From: an uncultured Candidatus Obscuribacterales bacterium
GTDB lineage: Bacteria; Cyanobacteriota; Vampirovibrionia; Obscuribacterales; Obscuribacteraceae
Length of the DNA: 64,000 nucleotides
NCBI GenBank assembly: GCA_964503045.1
Contig: CAZCZI010000011.1
Span: 62,895-126,894, forward strand
Direction: 5' to 3'
Shown piece by piece: positions 60,802 to 64,000 of the stretch (the stretch's first letter is position 1; the number at the start of each line of letters is the position of its first letter). The translations under genes and the position numbers were made by a program. The notes below the pieces were generated by a model, which saw only the letters and a list, made by a program, of their open reading frames with translations, had not been told where the DNA came from and made no database searches.

Positions 60802-61774
60802 GAGGTGCAACATCAAACCGGCGCATCTTCTAATTGCTTCACGGCTGCTCGCGAAGTGCCTTAGGGCTCTGGTATTAGTTGTGGTGGCGGCACTCGTTGC
60901 CTTTGCCGGAACTCCAGGTGATGCCCGCTGGGGACAGAATCCGGACGATGAGATCTCCAAAATAAGAGAGCAACAGGCAAGAGAAGAAATTGCCTCTCTA
61001 AAAAAACGTGGAGTTCGCGATGATGATGCGGCAATGGTTCCCTTGCTGCGCAAGCTATCTCAGGCTTTGGGCGGGCAGTTGGATTGGAATCGGCAAGATT
61101 TGATTCTCGAGCGAATCATTGTTCTCGACCAAATTTATCCTCAAGCAAGCACTTGCTTCGAGAAGGCAACTTGTCTAATGGAGCTTGGAGATCACAAACA
61201 AACTTCGAGTCCAGTAGAAGCTCGAAAGCTATACGAGAGAGCCATCCCTCTGGCGATGCAGATTTCGACAAAGAGCCGCGAATCGAAGCTTGAAATCGAA
61301 TTGCGTTGCCGTCTTGCTTCGATGGACTTTAAACGCAAAGATTTTAGATCTGCCGCAGCCCAGTATCGAAGTGTCGATACTGTAAGTGGTGGCATGGAAA
61401 ACGTCAAAGAGTTTCCGGATGAACTCCTCGAATCATATGGAAACGTGCTCGTTGAGCTGAAAGAGTACAGAGAGGCCACCAGGGTTTTTAGACGATTGGT
61501 AGCTTTAGATTCTACTCGTCCAAAAAAGTATGACGATAGAGAGTTGACCGATCTGGTGTCCTTGGCCAGGTGTTTGCTTGCGCAAGGGCAACGAGGTGAA
61601 GTTCAGCGCTTGTCCGGCATCGTAATCGAAAAGGCGGGCAAGGATGCTAAACGAGGCTGGATACCGTCTGACTCTAAGCGAGCACTTTTGGATCTAGGCG
61701 AACTGTTGGAAAAAGACAATCAGCTCGATCGAGCCGAACAAGTTTATCGATTGATTCTGGTCAGTGAGCTTTAG
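60794..61774 (+). CDS. Secreted or anchored TPR-like repeat protein
   Basis: The ATG at 60794 overlaps the upstream stop (ATGAGTAA). Hydrophobic N-terminus ALVLVVVAALVAFAG followed by helical repeats. Confidence 0.6.
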   Translation: MSKRCNIKPAHLLIASRLLAKCLRALVLVVVAALVAFAGTPGDARWGQNPDDEISKIREQQAREEIASLKKRGVRDDDAAMVPLLRKLSQALGGQLDWNRQDLILERIIVLDQIYPQASTCFEKATCLMELGDHKQTSSPVEARKLYERAIPLAMQISTKSRESKLEIELRCRLASMDFKRKDFRSAAAQYRSVDTVSGGMENVKEFPDELLESYGNVLVELKEYREATRVFRRLVALDSTRPKKYDDRELTDLVSLARCLLAQGQRGEVQRLSGIVIEKAGKDAKRGWIPSDSKRALLDLGELLEKDNQLDRAEQVYRLILVSEL

Positions 61775-62253
61775 GGGCGAATGAATATTCGTTCCAATCT
61801 TCTAAGGGCGGTTTTCCATGATGGCTCTACAATGCTCTTCAGTGGATACACAAGCACAGTCTTCATGCTTGCTCTGTGACCACCCCAAACATCAGTGAGG
61901 GGGCGGTCTCCGACAACCGCAATCTCTTCTGGTTTGAGGTCGAACTGCGTCATCAATTCAATAAAGCCTTTCCTGCTGGGCTTTGCGCCCCAGAATATTA
62001 CCGGCATGTTCAAAGACTTTTTGACCAACTCCAGGTAGTCCTGTCGTTTGTTGTTGCTCAATACCGCCAGTTTGAACCTCAGTTCGGCATCTTCAAGCCA
62101 CTTCGCGGTTTCAGGCGTAAGCACACCTGCTTTGGGTGCCATGATGGTGCTGTCGAGATCGAGGATGAAGGCTCTGATACCGTCGTTATACATCTGATCG
62201 AGATCGATATCGGTGACGTCGCCCGCTATCAAATATGTAGGCTTAAGAAACAC
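61771..62253 (-). CDS. HAD-superfamily phosphatase, YqeG-like (subfamily IIIA)
   Basis: Motif I AFILDLDSTIM, motif II AVLSNN, motif III/IV KPS...VVGDRPLTDVWGG. 160 aa. Confidence 0.8.
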   Translation of the reverse strand: MFLKPTYLIAGDVTDIDLDQMYNDGIRAFILDLDSTIMAPKAGVLTPETAKWLEDAELRFKLAVLSNNKRQDYLELVKKSLNMPVIFWGAKPSRKGFIELMTQFDLKPEEIAVVGDRPLTDVWGGHRASMKTVLVYPLKSIVEPSWKTALRRLERIFIRP

Positions 62254-62534
62254 GTCTTTTGGAACCGTTCAGTAATATTCACTATTCACTGCAGCGAGAG
62301 GCTGAGATACCCGCCGTCATTCAGTCTATACGATTCCAGGAGCGAAAGCGGCGTGAGTAAATATTCATCTGTCAATGTTCGATTGTTGGCGATGTTAAGA
62401 ACCTGGAGGGCAGCTTGAAATGTCCCTTTGAGGCGTTATACCGCTATTTGGGTGCCGCTTGGCGCCAAAAGTGGCTGTTATCTTGAAGCAAAATTTGAAA
62501 GAGAAAACGGGCTTCAGTAGCGTCTCACGCTAAA

Positions 62535-63335
62535 ATGGCAATTGAAAAACCGTATCGCGTGTTCGCAAGAATGACCAAATCGTCGCAAGGACTAGCAAAA
62601 AAAATTCAACAGAATCAGTTGACGGATTCCCCTTATGATGTCCTGCCTCTTTCGCACATTGCCATCATTATGGACGGAAATCGAAGATGGGCTGAATCAC
62701 GCCATCTTCCGAAGATGATGGGCCACAAAGAGGGCGTCAAGACGCTCAAGAAAATCGTACGGCATGCCGGCAAGCGCGCTCTAAAGTATCTCACCGTCTA
62801 CGCCTTCTCCAGTGAAAACTGGCAACGCAGTCAAGATGAAGTCGACTACCTGCTCGAGCTTTTCACCAACGTGCTCAAGGGAGAACTAGATGATCTCTCA
62901 AAGAACAATGTAAGGCTCAGATTTCTCGGGCAGCTTTCCTCGATGCCACAGAACCTGCGCAAGTCCATGGAGAAATCCATGGAACGAACGAGCACCAACA
63001 CCGGACTTTGCCTGCAAGTTGCAATCAACTACGGATCGCGTTTAGAGATTACTGATGCAGTCAAAGCTATCGCCGAAGAAGTCGCCGCCGGTAGATTGAA
63101 GCCAGAGACCATCGATGAGAACTTGATCTCAAAGCATCTTTATACGCGCGAACTTCCTGATCCCGAACTTCTGATCAGAACCGGCGGCGAACAAAGATTG
63201 TCTAATTATCTGCTTTGGCAGTGTGCCTACACTGAATTATATGTGACGCCAACCTTGTGGCCCGACTTCAGCGAAGAAGATTTCGAGTCTGCAGTGACCG
63301 AGTTCGCGCAACGCAACAGGCGATACGGCAGTTAA
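62535..63335 (+). CDS. uppS: Undecaprenyl-diphosphate synthase
   Basis: HIAIIMDGNRRWA, LTVYAFSSENWQRS, ELLIRTGGEQRLSNYLLWQCAYTELY. Confidence 0.93.
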   Translation: MAIEKPYRVFARMTKSSQGLAKKIQQNQLTDSPYDVLPLSHIAIIMDGNRRWAESRHLPKMMGHKEGVKTLKKIVRHAGKRALKYLTVYAFSSENWQRSQDEVDYLLELFTNVLKGELDDLSKNNVRLRFLGQLSSMPQNLRKSMEKSMERTSTNTGLCLQVAINYGSRLEITDAVKAIAEEVAAGRLKPETIDENLISKHLYTRELPDPELLIRTGGEQRLSNYLLWQCAYTELYVTPTLWPDFSEEDFESAVTEFAQRNRRYGS

Positions 63336-63355
63336 GCAAGCATACTTCTAATCCA

Positions 63356-63616
63356 GATCGCGCAGCCATGATCGCGCAGCCATGATCACGTAGCGCGTGA
63401 TCACGCGCTGCATGGCCACCACATACGATGCATGGTCACCACATACGATGGCCACGCGGCGCGTGATCACGCAGTGCGAGATCTCGTCAATGCGAGGTCT
63501 CGTCAATGCATGATCTCGTCAATGCGAGGTCTCGTCAATGCATGATCGCGTCAATGCATGATCTCGTCAATGCATGATCGCGTCAATGCATGATCGCGTC
63601 CATCTACATGATCGCG
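63356..63616. repeat. Compound minisatellite rich in GATC
   Basis: GATCGCGCAGCCAT x2, CATGG(C/T)CACCACATACGATG x2, then about 8 copies of a 16-17-nt unit GATC(T/G)CGTCAATGC(AT/GAG). About 12 GATC sites fall within 260 nt. There are no unique spacers. Confidence 0.9.
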
Positions 63617-63620
63617 AAGG

Positions 63621-64000
63621 TTATTGCGGATAAAATCCGCCGGTCATCGGTTGTTGCACCGGTGGTTGCTGATACGGTGCGCCGTATTGAGGTGCTCCGT
63701 ACGCGGGTTGCTGCGGGTACGGTTGTTGTGGCTGTTGTGGATACACCGGAGGTGGCTGATATGCCGGACCACCGGCCGTTATCTGCAATGACTCATCGAG
63801 TTGAACAGGAAGTGCTTGACCGGCAGGCAGGCTCACTTCAGAACCTTTTCTGACGCCTGCGCCGACCAGACCAATACCGCCGCCGATTGCCGTTCCGAAC
63901 ACAGCGCCCATACCAGTCGCTTTGCCTACGCTTCTGCTGCCTGATGTTCCACCCACAATCGCTCCCAGCGCGGTGCCGAGTGCGGCACCTGAACCGGCGC
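63621..64000 (-). CDS. Glycine-zipper membrane protein with Pro/Gln/Tyr-rich C-terminal tail (5' end outside window)
   Basis: GTALGAIVGGTSGS...ATGMGAVFGTAIGGGIGLVGAG glycine-zipper pattern. C-terminus QPPPVYPQQPQQPYPQQPAYGAPQYGAPYQQPPVQQP. The frame stays open to nt 64000. Confidence 0.6.
   Translation of the reverse strand, partial: AGSGAALGTALGAIVGGTSGSRSVGKATGMGAVFGTAIGGGIGLVGAGVRKGSEVSLPAGQALPVQLDESLQITAGGPAYQPPPVYPQQPQQPYPQQPAYGAPQYGAPYQQPPVQQPMTGGFYPQ

Noticed and set aside
63356-63616. Possible CRISPR array.
   Set aside because: The repeat units are only 14-20 nt long and directly abut one another without unique spacers. No cas genes are in the window.

Overview
This is a 64 kb chromosomal segment of about 50% GC from an uncharacterised bacterium. 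I cannot assign a lineage without a database search. The SigF-like sigma factor, PATAN/DUF4388 protein, stand-alone MshEN repeats and HelY-type helicase are loosely reminiscent of Cyanobacteria- or Melainabacteria-like genomes, but that is a low-confidence impression. The window is densely coding. Housekeeping genes (cmk, coaD, uppS, citrate synthase, adhE, Fe/Mn-SOD, sfsA, tRNA-Pro) are interspersed with signal-transduction genes, pilus-related genes (pilT, a TadE-like protein, an MshEN-repeat protein), at least eight signal-peptide-bearing TPR proteins, an orphan PglX/type-IIG-like N6-adenine methyltransferase, and an apparently inactivated IS1595-type transposase gene. The most unusual locus is a four-gene minus-strand array at 32171-37997. 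It consists of two tandem copies of a histidine kinase gene pair in which each partner lacks what the other keeps. One partner has the phospho-acceptor His but has lost the N, G1 and G2 ATP-binding boxes. The other has an intact ATP-binding domain but carries Thr or Ser in place of the His. This predicts an obligate hetero-oligomeric, trans-phosphorylating, two-sensor kinase. Other items worth a second look are a dispersed ~110 nt hairpin element present in three copies, a four-fold stand-alone MshEN (c-di-GMP-receptor-like) repeat protein, a sigma-factor/pilT operon, a STAS-CHASE3 kinase operon, and a GATC-rich minisatellite. All calls come from reading motifs by eye. No searches or folding programs were run.
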